Shown: positions 1 to 7,828 of the stretch, in pieces | Layout: the number at the start of each line of letters is the position of its first letter | Position numbering within the stretch: the stretch's first letter is position 1 | Origin: Deinococcaceae bacterium | GTDB lineage: Bacteria > Deinococcota > Deinococci > Deinococcales > Trueperaceae | Assembly (NCBI GenBank): GCA_040256005.1 | Contig: JBDZWC010000031.1 | Location: 1-10,048, forward strand | Reading direction: 5' to 3' | Length of the DNA stretch: 10,048 bases | The notes under the pieces: model-generated | Database searches by the model: none | The model's input: the letters and a program-made list of their open reading frames with translations, nothing else | Told to the model about the DNA's origin: nothing | Program-made: the position numbers and the translations under genes

Positions 1-1164
1 GCGCAGTCCTTCGTTGTCGAGGCGCTCCATGACCGCGGATGGTTCGAGCCGGCCGAAGCGTGGTCAGGCGAGCTCATAGGCGAGCTTAGTACAGGCGCCT
101 GGCCCTCGTCAGCGCGGGCACTGGTGCTTGCCAAGCTGGCACGGATGGCTGCTCACGATGGCTCGGAGGACGCCGCTACCGCCCTCTACGCGAGCGCTTA
201 CGAGGCGCTCTTGGAGGACCAGGAGAACCCCGAAAGTGACCCGGCCGCGTCGCTCGAGGCTCAAGCCGTCTGGGTTCGCTCTGTCTCGCGTGGTCTGGGC
301 GTCCTCTCGCCCGATGCGCTCGAGAAGGAGACCACGTCAGAGCTGGCCGAGCGTGCCGCCGAGGTCGCCGAATCGCTGGTAGATCGCCTGCCGGCGCGTT
401 TCGCGACGGACGTGCTGCGTCTCGGAGCGCTGCGGGCCGCGATCGTGGGCCGCATGGCTGGACCGGCAGCGGGCTTCGCGGAGCTAAGCGCCGTGGCCGC
501 CGCCACACTGGCCATGCCTCCCCAGCATCCTTGGCGTGAGGTGCTGCTGCTGAACCTGGTCGGTTCAGCCTCCGCGCTCGAAGCCCTGGCGATCGCTGGT
601 GGCGACGACCGCACCACGGCTTCCGCAGCCAAGCTGCAAGCCGACCTGCTCGGCGAGTTGGGCAGGCGTGACGACGCTTGGTACGCCAAGCAACTAGCCG
701 TGCGGGCCTACGACGAGCGACTAGGCGAGGAGTTGGCCCAATCGGTGGGCGTGCTTGCCGGGCTGACACCTTCGAACGCCGCCTTCACTACGGCGATGCG
801 GGCGGCCGACATCTTCGAGGCACGGTTCGAGGCCGGAGTCTTCGAGGCACGCGGTTACGCGGTCGGCATGAGGATGTTCGCAGCGGTCACGGCTTTCCAC
901 GTAGAGGACTGGACGAGGGCGGTAGAGGCTGCCGAGAGGGTGTTCGCTCTTGCCGAAGGCATGCGCCCGAGCCCGTCGGACGACCAGCTTCTGGCCAACA
1001 CTCACGCCTTCTACGCCCAGGCGAGCAAGCGCTTGGGTCGTGAAGAGATCGCCCAAGCTCACGCAGGGGCCGCCCGATCACTCTACGAACGAATCGCGGC
1101 CTCGGGCTGGGAGGACGCAGAATCTGCCGTCGCCGAGGGACTGACCTATCTTCAGGGACTGTAG
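1..1164 (+). CDS. 5'-truncated alpha-helical repeat (TPR-like) protein, C-terminal 387 aa; function unknown
   Basis: Frame +1 has no stop from base 1 (AQSFVVEALHDRGWFEPAEAW...) to TAG at 1162-1164, so the GTG at 124 is probably internal. The sequence is Ala/Leu/Glu-rich with TPR-like segments (e.g. EDWTRAVEAAERVFALAE, YAQASKRLGREEIAQAHAGAARSLYERI). Confidence 0.6.
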   Translation, partial: AQSFVVEALHDRGWFEPAEAWSGELIGELSTGAWPSSARALVLAKLARMAAHDGSEDAATALYASAYEALLEDQENPESDPAASLEAQAVWVRSVSRGLGVLSPDALEKETTSELAERAAEVAESLVDRLPARFATDVLRLGALRAAIVGRMAGPAAGFAELSAVAAATLAMPPQHPWREVLLLNLVGSASALEALAIAGGDDRTTASAAKLQADLLGELGRRDDAWYAKQLAVRAYDERLGEELAQSVGVLAGLTPSNAAFTTAMRAADIFEARFEAGVFEARGYAVGMRMFAAVTAFHVEDWTRAVEAAERVFALAEGMRPSPSDDQLLANTHAFYAQASKRLGREEIAQAHAGAARSLYERIAASGWEDAESAVAEGLTYLQGL

Positions 1165-1308
1165 CGGGACAAGAATGGCGGAGTCGGCTCTTCAGGCGGA
1201 GCCTGCGCAAGTAACGCACGTCCCCTGATCTTCGCCGCGTCGCAGGACTCTAACCACCATGGTCAGCGCGCGCCACGGACCCCCGCACACGCTCTCAGCA
1301 ACCACGAG

Positions 1309-1314
1309 TATCGT
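1309..1314 (+). promoter_or_regulatory. -10 element (TATCGT) of a probable leaderless transcript
   Basis: TANNNT hexamer 6 nt upstream of ATG 1321, with no SD-like purine run before the start. Confidence 0.6.
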
Positions 1315-1320
1315 CTGGCC

Positions 1321-1938
1321 ATGCGGAAGATCGTGGCTCAGGAGTTCATCACCTTGGATGGGGTCATCCAGGCGCCTGGCGGGCGCGAGGAGGATACTTC
1401 GCAGAACTTCCCCTTCGGAGGTTGGACCGCTCCGTTCGGCGGCAACGGCGACTCGCGGGCGAGCCAGTTCATGTCGAACGTCCTGGCGCCCGCTGACCTG
1501 CTGCTGGGCCGCAAGACGTTCGAGATCTTCGAGGGCTACTGGCCCGACCATGCCGACAACTGGCCGGGCGTCATGGACGTCACGAAGTACGTGGTGAGCA
1601 CCACTCTGGACGAGGCTAGGGTCGCGGGCTCCCGGTGGCCGAACAGCAATCTGCTGAAGAGCGCCGACGATGTCGAGGCGCTGAAGCGCTCGGACGGCTC
1701 ACAGCTCAAGATCTGGGGCAGCAGCGTCCTCGTCCAGTCGCTACTGGAACGCGACCTGGTCGACGAACTGGTCCTGATGACCTACCCAGTCGTGTTGGGG
1801 ACAGGCAAACGACTCTTCGCGGAAGGCGCGGCACCCGGGACCTTCGGTCTACTGGACGGTGTGGTGACGTCGAACGGCGTGTACCTCGCACATTACGAGA
1901 GAGCCGGAGATGTCAGGACTGGAACCGTCGGCGAATGA
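1321..1938 (+). CDS. Dihydrofolate reductase-like / RibD C-terminal domain protein (205 aa)
   Basis: Family motifs MRKIVAQEFITLDGVIQAPGG, LLLGRKTFE, KIWGSSVLVQSLL and DELVLMTYPVVLGTGKRLF. Confidence 0.92.
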   Translation: MRKIVAQEFITLDGVIQAPGGREEDTSQNFPFGGWTAPFGGNGDSRASQFMSNVLAPADLLLGRKTFEIFEGYWPDHADNWPGVMDVTKYVVSTTLDEARVAGSRWPNSNLLKSADDVEALKRSDGSQLKIWGSSVLVQSLLERDLVDELVLMTYPVVLGTGKRLFAEGAAPGTFGLLDGVVTSNGVYLAHYERAGDVRTGTVGE

Positions 1939-2031
1939 GATCGTCGATCGACGGGGCCAGCGTTCATAGATCCACCTGACCTGGAGGTCGTCCCCATGGT
2001 CGAGCAGGACGACGTCGTCATGGCGGAGTTG

Positions 2032-2037
2032 AGGAGG
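2032..2037 (+). promoter_or_regulatory. Shine-Dalgarno (AGGAGG) for the aldo/keto reductase
   Basis: AGGAGG 5 nt upstream of ATG 2043. Confidence 0.7.
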
Positions 2038-2042
2038 CGGGT

Positions 2043-2897
2043 ATGGAGAAGGCACCGTTCGGCAGCACAGGTCACATGAGCAGCCGAGCCATCTTCGGGG
2101 CGGCGGCTCTCTCGGGCGTCACTCAGGCCGAAGCCGACCGGGCGATCGAGACAGCCGTGAGCTACGGCGTCAACCACTTCGACACCGCCGCGTCTTACGG
2201 AAACTCGGAGGAGTTGATTGGCCCTTGGCTGGCCAGGAACCGTGACGAGGTGTTCCTTGCCACGAAGACGGGCGAGCGACAGAGGGACGCAGCTCGCGAC
2301 GAGCTCCACCGGTCGCTGGACCGTCTTCGGACCGATCACGTGGACCTGTGGCAGCTTCACAACCTCGTCGATGAAGAGGAGTGGGAGATGGCCCTCGGCC
2401 CAGGCGGTGCGTTGGAGGCCGCGGTAGTGGCCAGGGATGAAGGGCTCGTCCGCTTCATCGGCGTCACCGGGCACGGGGTAGAGGTCGCCGCGCGGCACAG
2501 CGCCAGCCTGGAGCGCTTCCCGTTCGACTCCGTGCTGCTGCCCTACAGCTACGTGATGATGCAGAACGAGCAGTACGCGGCGGACTTCGAGGCGCTCGCC
2601 GCCACGTGCGAGGAACGCGGCGTCGCGGTGCAGACGATCAAGGCCATCACCCGCCGGCCGTGGGGCCAGCGTCCGCAGGACCGCCCGACTTGGTACCAGC
2701 CGCTCGAAGACCCGCACGCCATCGGGCTAGCGGTCCATTGGGTACTTGGGCGCGAGGGATTCTTCCTCAACACGGCCGGGGACGTGGATCTGCTGCCCCG
2801 GGTACTGGAAGAGGTGGCGAGCTTCGAGAGGCGCCCGTCCGACGACGAGATGCAGCGACTGGTGCGCGACGAAGACATGGCTCCCCTCTTCGTCTAA
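2043..2897 (+). CDS. Aldo/keto reductase (284 aa)
   Basis: AKR catalytic tetrad context: [12 protein letters not shown] (Asp, Tyr), FLATK (Lys), DLWQLH (His); also [11 protein letters not shown] and GLVRFIGVT. Has an SD. Confidence 0.93.
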   Translation: MEKAPFGSTGHMSSRAIFGAAALSGVTQAEADRAIETAVSYGVNHFDTAASYGNSEELIGPWLARNRDEVFLATKTGERQRDAARDELHRSLDRLRTDHVDLWQLHNLVDEEEWEMALGPGGALEAAVVARDEGLVRFIGVTGHGVEVAARHSASLERFPFDSVLLPYSYVMMQNEQYAADFEALAATCEERGVAVQTIKAITRRPWGQRPQDRPTWYQPLEDPHAIGLAVHWVLGREGFFLNTAGDVDLLPRVLEEVASFERRPSDDEMQRLVRDEDMAPLFV

Positions 2898-2951
2898 GCG
2901 AGGATCAGAACAGGTTGCGAACGGCGGCCATTGGGCCGACGGGCCTCGGCG

Positions 2952-3536
2952 TTACCCGTTCTGTTCGTACGCCACTCGCAGAAGCTCCTCGACCTCGTCA
3001 GTGAGCTGCTCGGGGCGCTCCAGCGTCAGCTTGTGCGAGCCCATACCGGGCCCCTTGGAAGGGACTATCAGCTCGGATTCGGGAGGTTCCGTGAACCTCA
3101 GACCCACGTCCAGCCTAGTCCGCGTCGCGGACACCGCAGCGAACTGCCTGGCGCGCACGAACGGCGTGTACCCTCCCCTGCCCTGCACGGCCACGTCGTC
3201 GCCCAGGTCCTCGATCAACGCTCGCAGCCTGTCGAAGAGCGGCCGCATGGCCTCCTTCGAACCGGAGAACTGCTGGTCGATGAACGCCTCGACGCCGGGC
3301 CGCTTCCAGCCGGCGGCTTTGGCGGCGGCCTCGGCTACGTGCCAGCGCGTGTTGACCTTGGCGCCGTGCTCGTCCTTGAGCCAGCGACGTACCGCCTTGA
3401 GATCGTGCGGGTCGATGCCGCTCTCCATCACGACCTGCACCCACTCATCGAGGCTGCGGCCGGTGCGCTCCTTCAAGTTGGCGACAGCGGCGTCCATGAC
3501 GTCGCCCATGTCCCGGACGGTCTTGTCCTCGGCCAT
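2952..3536 (-). CDS. DUF4287 + DUF5655-like two-domain protein (194 aa)
   Basis: N-terminal NLKERTGRSLDEW...RWLKDEHG resembles DUF4287. C-terminal IDQQFSGSKEAMRPLFDRL...YTPFVRARQFAAV...RLDVGL...DEVEELLRVAYEQN resembles DUF5655. GGAGG lies 4 nt before the ATG (3541-3545, - strand). Confidence 0.75.
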   Translation of the reverse strand: MAEDKTVRDMGDVMDAAVANLKERTGRSLDEWVQVVMESGIDPHDLKAVRRWLKDEHGAKVNTRWHVAEAAAKAAGWKRPGVEAFIDQQFSGSKEAMRPLFDRLRALIEDLGDDVAVQGRGGYTPFVRARQFAAVSATRTRLDVGLRFTEPPESELIVPSKGPGMGSHKLTLERPEQLTDEVEELLRVAYEQNG

Positions 3537-3565
3537 AAGTCCTCCCTGGCGTGCGCCCAGTTGAC

Positions 3566-4567
3566 CTAGGTCGTCACAGAGTTGCTTGGACCGGCACCGG
3601 CGGTCGGCATCAACAATACGTTCCCGATCTTCTGTCCGGACTCGACGTACTCGAAGGCCTCGTGGACGTGGTCGAGGTCGTAGCGCCGGTCGATAAGCGG
3701 CGTATACCGGCCGGACTCAAGCAGTGGACATAGGAGGTCTAGCGTCTTCTGGATGTCGGATGGAAACGGGAAGCGAACCTTGGGACCGCGCATGACCGGA
3801 GCCGCCATGGCGTAGAAGAGGTTCTGGCTCCATGGTCCCAACTCTGACGAGACGTACGCGCCGGTCGCCTTGATCACGGGCCGGAACGCCATAAGGGTGA
3901 GCTTGCCCACAGCATCGAAGACGTAGTCGAAAGAACGCTCGCCCAGGCGGCTCATCCAATCCGGTTCGGTGTGGTCCAGGAGGGTCTCTGCACCCAACGC
4001 TTCAACGGCTGCATGGTGACGTTTCTGGCAGACCGCGGTCACGACGGCGCCGGTCTCCTCGAGCAATGCGACGGCAGCCGAACCTATGGCGCCGGTGGCG
4101 CCGTAGACGAGAACGGAGTCACCTGCCTTGAGCGGTACCTTGTTGGTGAAGTTCCTGGCATAGTGGGCGCCTTCCATGCTGGCTGCAGCCACCCCCAGGT
4201 CGACGCCCGCGGGAACTCGGGTGGCGGCGTCCCGGGCGGTGAGGATCAGGTACTCCGCATGGGAGCCGATCCCGACATCGTTGAAGCCCATCACCCGGTC
4301 GCCTACCTCGAAGCGGGCCGCACCATCTCCGACGGCCACGACCTCTCCAGCGAAATCGGTCCCGGTGGTGTTGCGCCTTGGCCGGGGCCAGCCCGCCATG
4401 AACCGCAGTACGTACGGGGCGCCGCGCAGTACGCCGCTGTCTGTACGGCTGACGGTTGCCGCGTGAACCCGTACGAGCACCTCTCCGGGGCCTGGGTGCG
4501 GCACCGGAAACTCCCGCACGTCCAGGACGTCCGGCGGGCCGTAGGCGCTTCGATAAGTTGATCTCAT
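3566..4567 (-). CDS. NAD(P)-dependent medium-chain dehydrogenase/reductase, quinone oxidoreductase-like, Zn-independent (333 aa)
   Basis: YGPPDVL..., GEVLVRVHAATV, GTDFAGEVVAVG (no GHE Zn motif), Rossmann VLVYGATGAIGSAA, FDYVFDAVG and C-terminal EAFEYVESGQKIGNVLL. Start moved from 4630 to ATG 4567 (MRSTY...), which matches the family N-terminus and removes the overlap with the divergent gene. Confidence 0.9.
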   Translation of the reverse strand: MRSTYRSAYGPPDVLDVREFPVPHPGPGEVLVRVHAATVSRTDSGVLRGAPYVLRFMAGWPRPRRNTTGTDFAGEVVAVGDGAARFEVGDRVMGFNDVGIGSHAEYLILTARDAATRVPAGVDLGVAAASMEGAHYARNFTNKVPLKAGDSVLVYGATGAIGSAAVALLEETGAVVTAVCQKRHHAAVEALGAETLLDHTEPDWMSRLGERSFDYVFDAVGKLTLMAFRPVIKATGAYVSSELGPWSQNLFYAMAAPVMRGPKVRFPFPSDIQKTLDLLCPLLESGRYTPLIDRRYDLDHVHEAFEYVESGQKIGNVLLMPTAGAGPSNSVTT

Positions 4568-4661
4568 CGGACGCTGGAGTCTAGGGCAGCGGGCGTCTGC
4601 CCCAACAAGGCCGGTGTCCGACCCTGCCACTAGGTATCCTCAGCGCACATTCAGGGAGGGC
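4568..4661. promoter_or_regulatory. Divergent promoter region
   Basis: Minus-strand TAGACT (4578-4583) lies 10 nt before ATG 4567. Plus-strand TATCCT (4635-4640) is followed by GGAGG (4655-4659) before the hydrolase. Confidence 0.5.
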
Positions 4662-6413
4662 ATGAAGTTGAGTCGTCTAGTGGACTACCAAGACTACATA
4701 GAGGCGGCCATGCGCTCATGGCACTGCCCGGGCACGGCGGTGGCCGTCATGCGGGGAGACGAGGTCATCCACCAAAGCACCCACGGGCTCAGGGACGTGG
4801 ACGCCGGTCTTCCGGTCACTGCAGACACGCGCTTCCCGTTGGCCTCGGTGACGAAGTCGTTCACGGCCATGTCCGTCGCCCTATTGGTTGATGAAGGCAA
4901 GCTCGAGTGGGACAAGCCGGTACGCGAGTACATCCCGGAGTTCGTACTGGACGACCCGTATGTAACGCAGCACATCACGGTACGGGACATGCTCAGCCAC
5001 CGGTCCGGTCTGCCTCGCCACGACATGGCGGCTTGGCGTCTCGACCTGTCGCCGGCGGAGTTCATCAAGCGGATGCGGCACCTCAAGTTCAGTGCCAGTC
5101 TCCGGGAGAAGTTCCAGTACAACAACCTCATGTTCCACGCCGCCGCCTACCTGGTGGAGAGGCTGGCTGGCCAACGGTGGGAGGACTTCGTACACGAGCG
5201 GATCTTCGGGCCGTTGGGCATGGTGTCCTCCAACTTCAGGCCGGAGCCTCCGCAGGCCGGTCAGCCGGAGGCCAAGGGGTACCGCATCGAGCGCGACGAG
5301 AAAGGCGCCCCCACAGGCGTCGTCGAGACACCGATCGGGTTCCACACCGAGCTGTCGCCTGGCTCCGCAGGAGCGCTGTTCTCGACCCTCGCCGACCTCA
5401 TCCGCTGGCTGCGCGTGCACGTCAACGACGGCCGTTCCGGCGAGACTCAGCTGGTTTCATCCGCCAACCTCCAGCAGATGCACCTACCGCACATGATCGT
5501 CCCGGGCGGAGGCATCTTCGAGGCGCTGTTCGGGAACACGATCTTCACCTACGCGCTCGGTTGGTTCGTCGAGCCATATGCAGGCCACACGCTGATCCAC
5601 CACGGCGGCAACGTGGAGGGGCACAGCCTGATCGTCGGCTTCGTACCGCAGGAGCAGGTAGGGGTAGTAGTGCTCACCAACGCCGCCTCCATCCCGCTGC
5701 GCGACGCCCTGCTGTTCGAGAGCATCGATCGGGCCCTGGACCTTCCGGACAGGGACTGGAACCACAAGCTGCACGAGGTCGTGGACCCGCTACTGGCCGG
5801 ACGGGAGCGCGGCAAGCAGACGTCTGCGGCGGAGCGCGTGGAAGGCGCACCGGCGTCGCGAGGGTTTGACGCCTACGTCGGCGAGTACGAGGCGAAGGGC
5901 TACCCGGACTTCGCCGTGAGACTGGCCGATGGCGAGCTGCAGGCGCGGCTGGTCGACAACCTGCCCTGGTCACCCTTGAACCACTACCACTACGATGTCT
6001 TCGAATGGGACCTCGCCGATTGGGAGCTGCGGCTCAAGGTCAGGTTCGCCACCAACGCCAACGGTGAGCTGGACGCGGTGTCCGTCCCTGTCGAGCCCGC
6101 GGTCGAAGACGTGATGTTCACGCGCAAGCAGCCACATGTGGACGAGGCGACGATCGCTGCGCTGGCCGGCCGGTACGAGCCCCAGGTCCCGGGCCTGACG
6201 TTCACGGTGACCACGGCCAACGGGAAGGCGTACTTCGCGTCGGATGGTGAGACCCCGCGAGAGATCAAGGCCTACCGGGTAGCGGACGGCGTGGTGGGGT
6301 TCCGGCTGGAACGGGTGCGTCTCGACTTCGACCTCGAGGACGGCGCTGTCGTTCGGCTGAACTTCAAGGACGAGGGGCTCAGCCTCGAGGCGCCCCGTGT
6401 GGCGGAAGGATGA
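4662..6413 (+). CDS. Serine hydrolase of the class C beta-lactamase / D-peptidase family with C-terminal DUF3471-like domain(s) (about 583 aa)
   Basis: SxxK (LASVTKSF), LSHRSGL, YxN (FQYNN) and HGG triad (IHHGGNVEG). No signal peptide visible. Start is ATG 4662 or TTG 4668 (the TTG is 8 nt from GGAGG, a better spacing). Confidence 0.9.
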   Translation: MKLSRLVDYQDYIEAAMRSWHCPGTAVAVMRGDEVIHQSTHGLRDVDAGLPVTADTRFPLASVTKSFTAMSVALLVDEGKLEWDKPVREYIPEFVLDDPYVTQHITVRDMLSHRSGLPRHDMAAWRLDLSPAEFIKRMRHLKFSASLREKFQYNNLMFHAAAYLVERLAGQRWEDFVHERIFGPLGMVSSNFRPEPPQAGQPEAKGYRIERDEKGAPTGVVETPIGFHTELSPGSAGALFSTLADLIRWLRVHVNDGRSGETQLVSSANLQQMHLPHMIVPGGGIFEALFGNTIFTYALGWFVEPYAGHTLIHHGGNVEGHSLIVGFVPQEQVGVVVLTNAASIPLRDALLFESIDRALDLPDRDWNHKLHEVVDPLLAGRERGKQTSAAERVEGAPASRGFDAYVGEYEAKGYPDFAVRLADGELQARLVDNLPWSPLNHYHYDVFEWDLADWELRLKVRFATNANGELDAVSVPVEPAVEDVMFTRKQPHVDEATIAALAGRYEPQVPGLTFTVTTANGKAYFASDGETPREIKAYRVADGVVGFRLERVRLDFDLEDGAVVRLNFKDEGLSLEAPRVAEG

Positions 6414-6874
6414 TCGAACACTTAGACCTTCTCCGCCAACATGGAGCCTGGGCGGATGAACGGATGCTGGCGGCCCTCAAGGCGGCGGCTGCCAGCTTCC
6501 CAGCGGCCGCCTTGCGGGAACAGGCACACGTCCGCGGCGCTCAGGCCACGTGGCTGGCGCGCTTGACTGGCGAGGAGCCACTTCTCGACATCTGGCCGGA
6601 CCTGACGATCGATGAGCTCGAGGACGTCGGCCGGGCCCTCGACGCCCGCTGGCTTGGACTGCACGCGGGCCTTGCCGCGGATGACATCGCGCGAGTGGTC
6701 AGGTACCGGAACAGCCGTGGCGAGCAGCTCGAGACCCCGGTAGAGGACGTCCTGTTACACCTCTGGCTGCACGGTCAGTACCACCGCGGCAGGACCAACG
6801 TTCACCTCAGGGCCGTTGGGGCTCAGCCCGTCGCCGTCGATTACATCGTGTGGAGCAGGCTCGGCCGACCCTGA
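6410..6874 (+). CDS. DinB/YfiT superfamily protein (putative metal-dependent thiol S-transferase; unrelated to DNA polymerase IV DinB) (154 aa)
   Basis: HGAWADERML N-terminus, His40 (AHVRGAQATWLARL), YRNSRGE, and His121/His125 (HLWLHGQYHRG), forming the His triad. The ATGA overlaps the hydrolase stop codon. Confidence 0.87.
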   Translation: MIEHLDLLRQHGAWADERMLAALKAAAASFPAAALREQAHVRGAQATWLARLTGEEPLLDIWPDLTIDELEDVGRALDARWLGLHAGLAADDIARVVRYRNSRGEQLETPVEDVLLHLWLHGQYHRGRTNVHLRAVGAQPVAVDYIVWSRLGRP

Positions 6875-6908
6875 CCTCGGCAATTACATGGCTGTAGGGT
6901 CGCTGAGC
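6859..6908. repeat. Imperfect inverted repeat (14 pairs including 2 G-U, 1 bulge) enclosing the DinB-like stop codon, between convergent genes
   Basis: GCTCGG-C-CGACCCTG (6859-6873) pairs with TAGGGTCGCTGAGC (6895-6908). No U-tract follows. Confidence 0.5.
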
Positions 6909-6922
6909 GTTCCCCAGTGATC

Positions 6923-7342
6923 TCAGAGCGCCCGCATCCGGTTACCCCGGGCGTTATGCTCCACCTCTGCCAAGCCCAGGGCTTCGAGGACCGGTGATAC
7001 GTAGTTGCCGACCCTGCCGCGCAGGCCCTTCTTGAGCCCGTACCAACCACCTATCAGGTTGTCGGGTGAGCGCGCCCAGGCCTCGACGGTGCCGTCCTTG
7101 GCGGGCTTCTGCTCGTCGGCGTTGCCAAGCTCGACCCAGTCGCCGCGGTCCTTGAGCATTCTATGCAGGTCCTCGACTATGCGCAGGTCGTAGTGCAGGA
7201 TCGTCTTCCCAACCGTGCAGACGAGCACGGGAGGGCTATGCGACTCGTCCCTGTGCATCGTGAACTGCGAGGACAAGCTGGGTGTGTAGAGGACCCACGG
7301 GTCCTCCGGCGTGCCGGAACCGCTGAACTCCGCCTGGGCCAT
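6923..7342 (-). CDS. Conserved hypothetical protein, DUF6855-like (139 aa)
   Basis: Recognised pattern GTPEDPWVL.TP...LVCTVG...GDWVELG.ADEQKPA..GTVEAW.RS.DN..GGWYGLKKGLRGR...LEALGLAEVEHNARGNRMRA. Start placed at ATG 7342, 10 nt downstream of an extended -10 (TGcTACCAT). Confidence 0.78.
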   Translation of the reverse strand: MAQAEFSGSGTPEDPWVLYTPSLSSQFTMHRDESHSPPVLVCTVGKTILHYDLRIVEDLHRMLKDRGDWVELGNADEQKPAKDGTVEAWARSPDNLIGGWYGLKKGLRGRVGNYVSPVLEALGLAEVEHNARGNRMRAL

Positions 7343-7435
7343 GGTGGCGTGGATGGTAGCAGAGCGGCTGGCTACACATTCGCGGGCGGGAACCATCGCT
7401 CTTGCCAAGCTCGTCGATACCTGCGACATTCACGC
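7343..7435. promoter_or_regulatory. Back-to-back promoters for the DUF6855-like gene (-) and the cupin gene (+)
   Basis: Minus strand: TG-c-TACCAT (7353-7361). Plus strand: TTGCCA (7402-7407), 17-nt spacer, GACATT (7425-7430) preceded by TG-c, then 5 nt to ATG 7436. Neither gene has an SD. Confidence 0.6.
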
Positions 7436-7828
7436 ATGGCCAACGAGAACGACCTCCCGCCCAAGGTCAACCTGCGCGAGAAGTTCGCGACCTTCTCCGA
7501 ACGCTGGAGCCCGCGCATCGTAGGTGAGCTGAACGGCCAACACGTCAAGCTCGCGAAGCTGGAAGGCGAGTTCGTGTGGCATCACCACGAGCACGAGGAC
7601 GAGCTGTTCCTCGTCGTCGCAGGCCGTCTGAGGTTGTTGATGCGCCAGGGCGAAGACGTGCGGGAGGTCGTGCTCGACGAAGGCGAGTTCGTGATCGTGC
7701 CGCGCGGTATCGAGCACTGTCCGGTAGCCGACGAGGAGGTGTACTTGCTGATGTTCGAGCCGGCCGGCACGCTGAACACCGGGAACGTGCGCAACGAGTT
7801 CACGGTGACCGAGCCGCGTCGCGCCTGA
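7436..7828 (+). CDS. Cupin domain protein (130 aa)
   Basis: WSPRIVGELNGQHVKLAKLEGEFVWHHHEHEDELFLV (cupin motif 1) and GEFVIVPRGIEHCP (motif 2), then EPAGTLNTGN. Start at ATG 7436 rather than 7163. Confidence 0.92.
   Translation: MANENDLPPKVNLREKFATFSERWSPRIVGELNGQHVKLAKLEGEFVWHHHEHEDELFLVVAGRLRLLMRQGEDVREVVLDEGEFVIVPRGIEHCPVADEEVYLLMFEPAGTLNTGNVRNEFTVTEPRRA

Noticed and set aside
1165..1308. Intergenic stretch with short alternative hairpins (GGCTC/GAGCC 1186-1203, CAGGC/GCCTG 1193-1205) as a possible riboswitch or ncRNA
   Set aside because: Stems are only about 5 bp, I recognise no aptamer motif, and the downstream gene appears leaderless, so this would not be its 5' UTR.
1321..1938. Calling the gene folA/dfr (trimethoprim resistance) or ribD
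   Set aside because: It matches the widespread stand-alone RibD C-terminal/DHFR-like family, has no deaminase domain, and lacks the canonical FolA N-terminal motif.
4568..4661. Apparent head-to-head overlap of ORFs 3566-4630 (-) and 4614-6413 (+)
   Set aside because: Artefact of longest-ORF start calling. Starts at 4567 and 4662/4668 fit the family N-termini and leave a normal divergent promoter region.
4662..6413. Calling the hydrolase an AmpC beta-lactamase resistance gene
   Set aside because: No signal peptide, HGG instead of KTG, and extra C-terminal domains. Fold membership alone does not show beta-lactamase activity.
127..7413. Repeated 10-12-mer TTGCCAAGCT(CG) at 128-137, 7122-7133 and 7402-7413
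   Set aside because: Two of the three copies are inside coding sequence and the spacing is irregular. Compatible with chance; not a CRISPR or att-like repeat.
7163..7435. N-terminal extensions of the cupin (from 7163) and DUF6855-like (from 7429) ORFs, and similarly of VOC2 (from 8254)
   Set aside because: The extensions overlap other genes or promoters and do not resemble the families. Downstream ATGs have promoter or alignment support.
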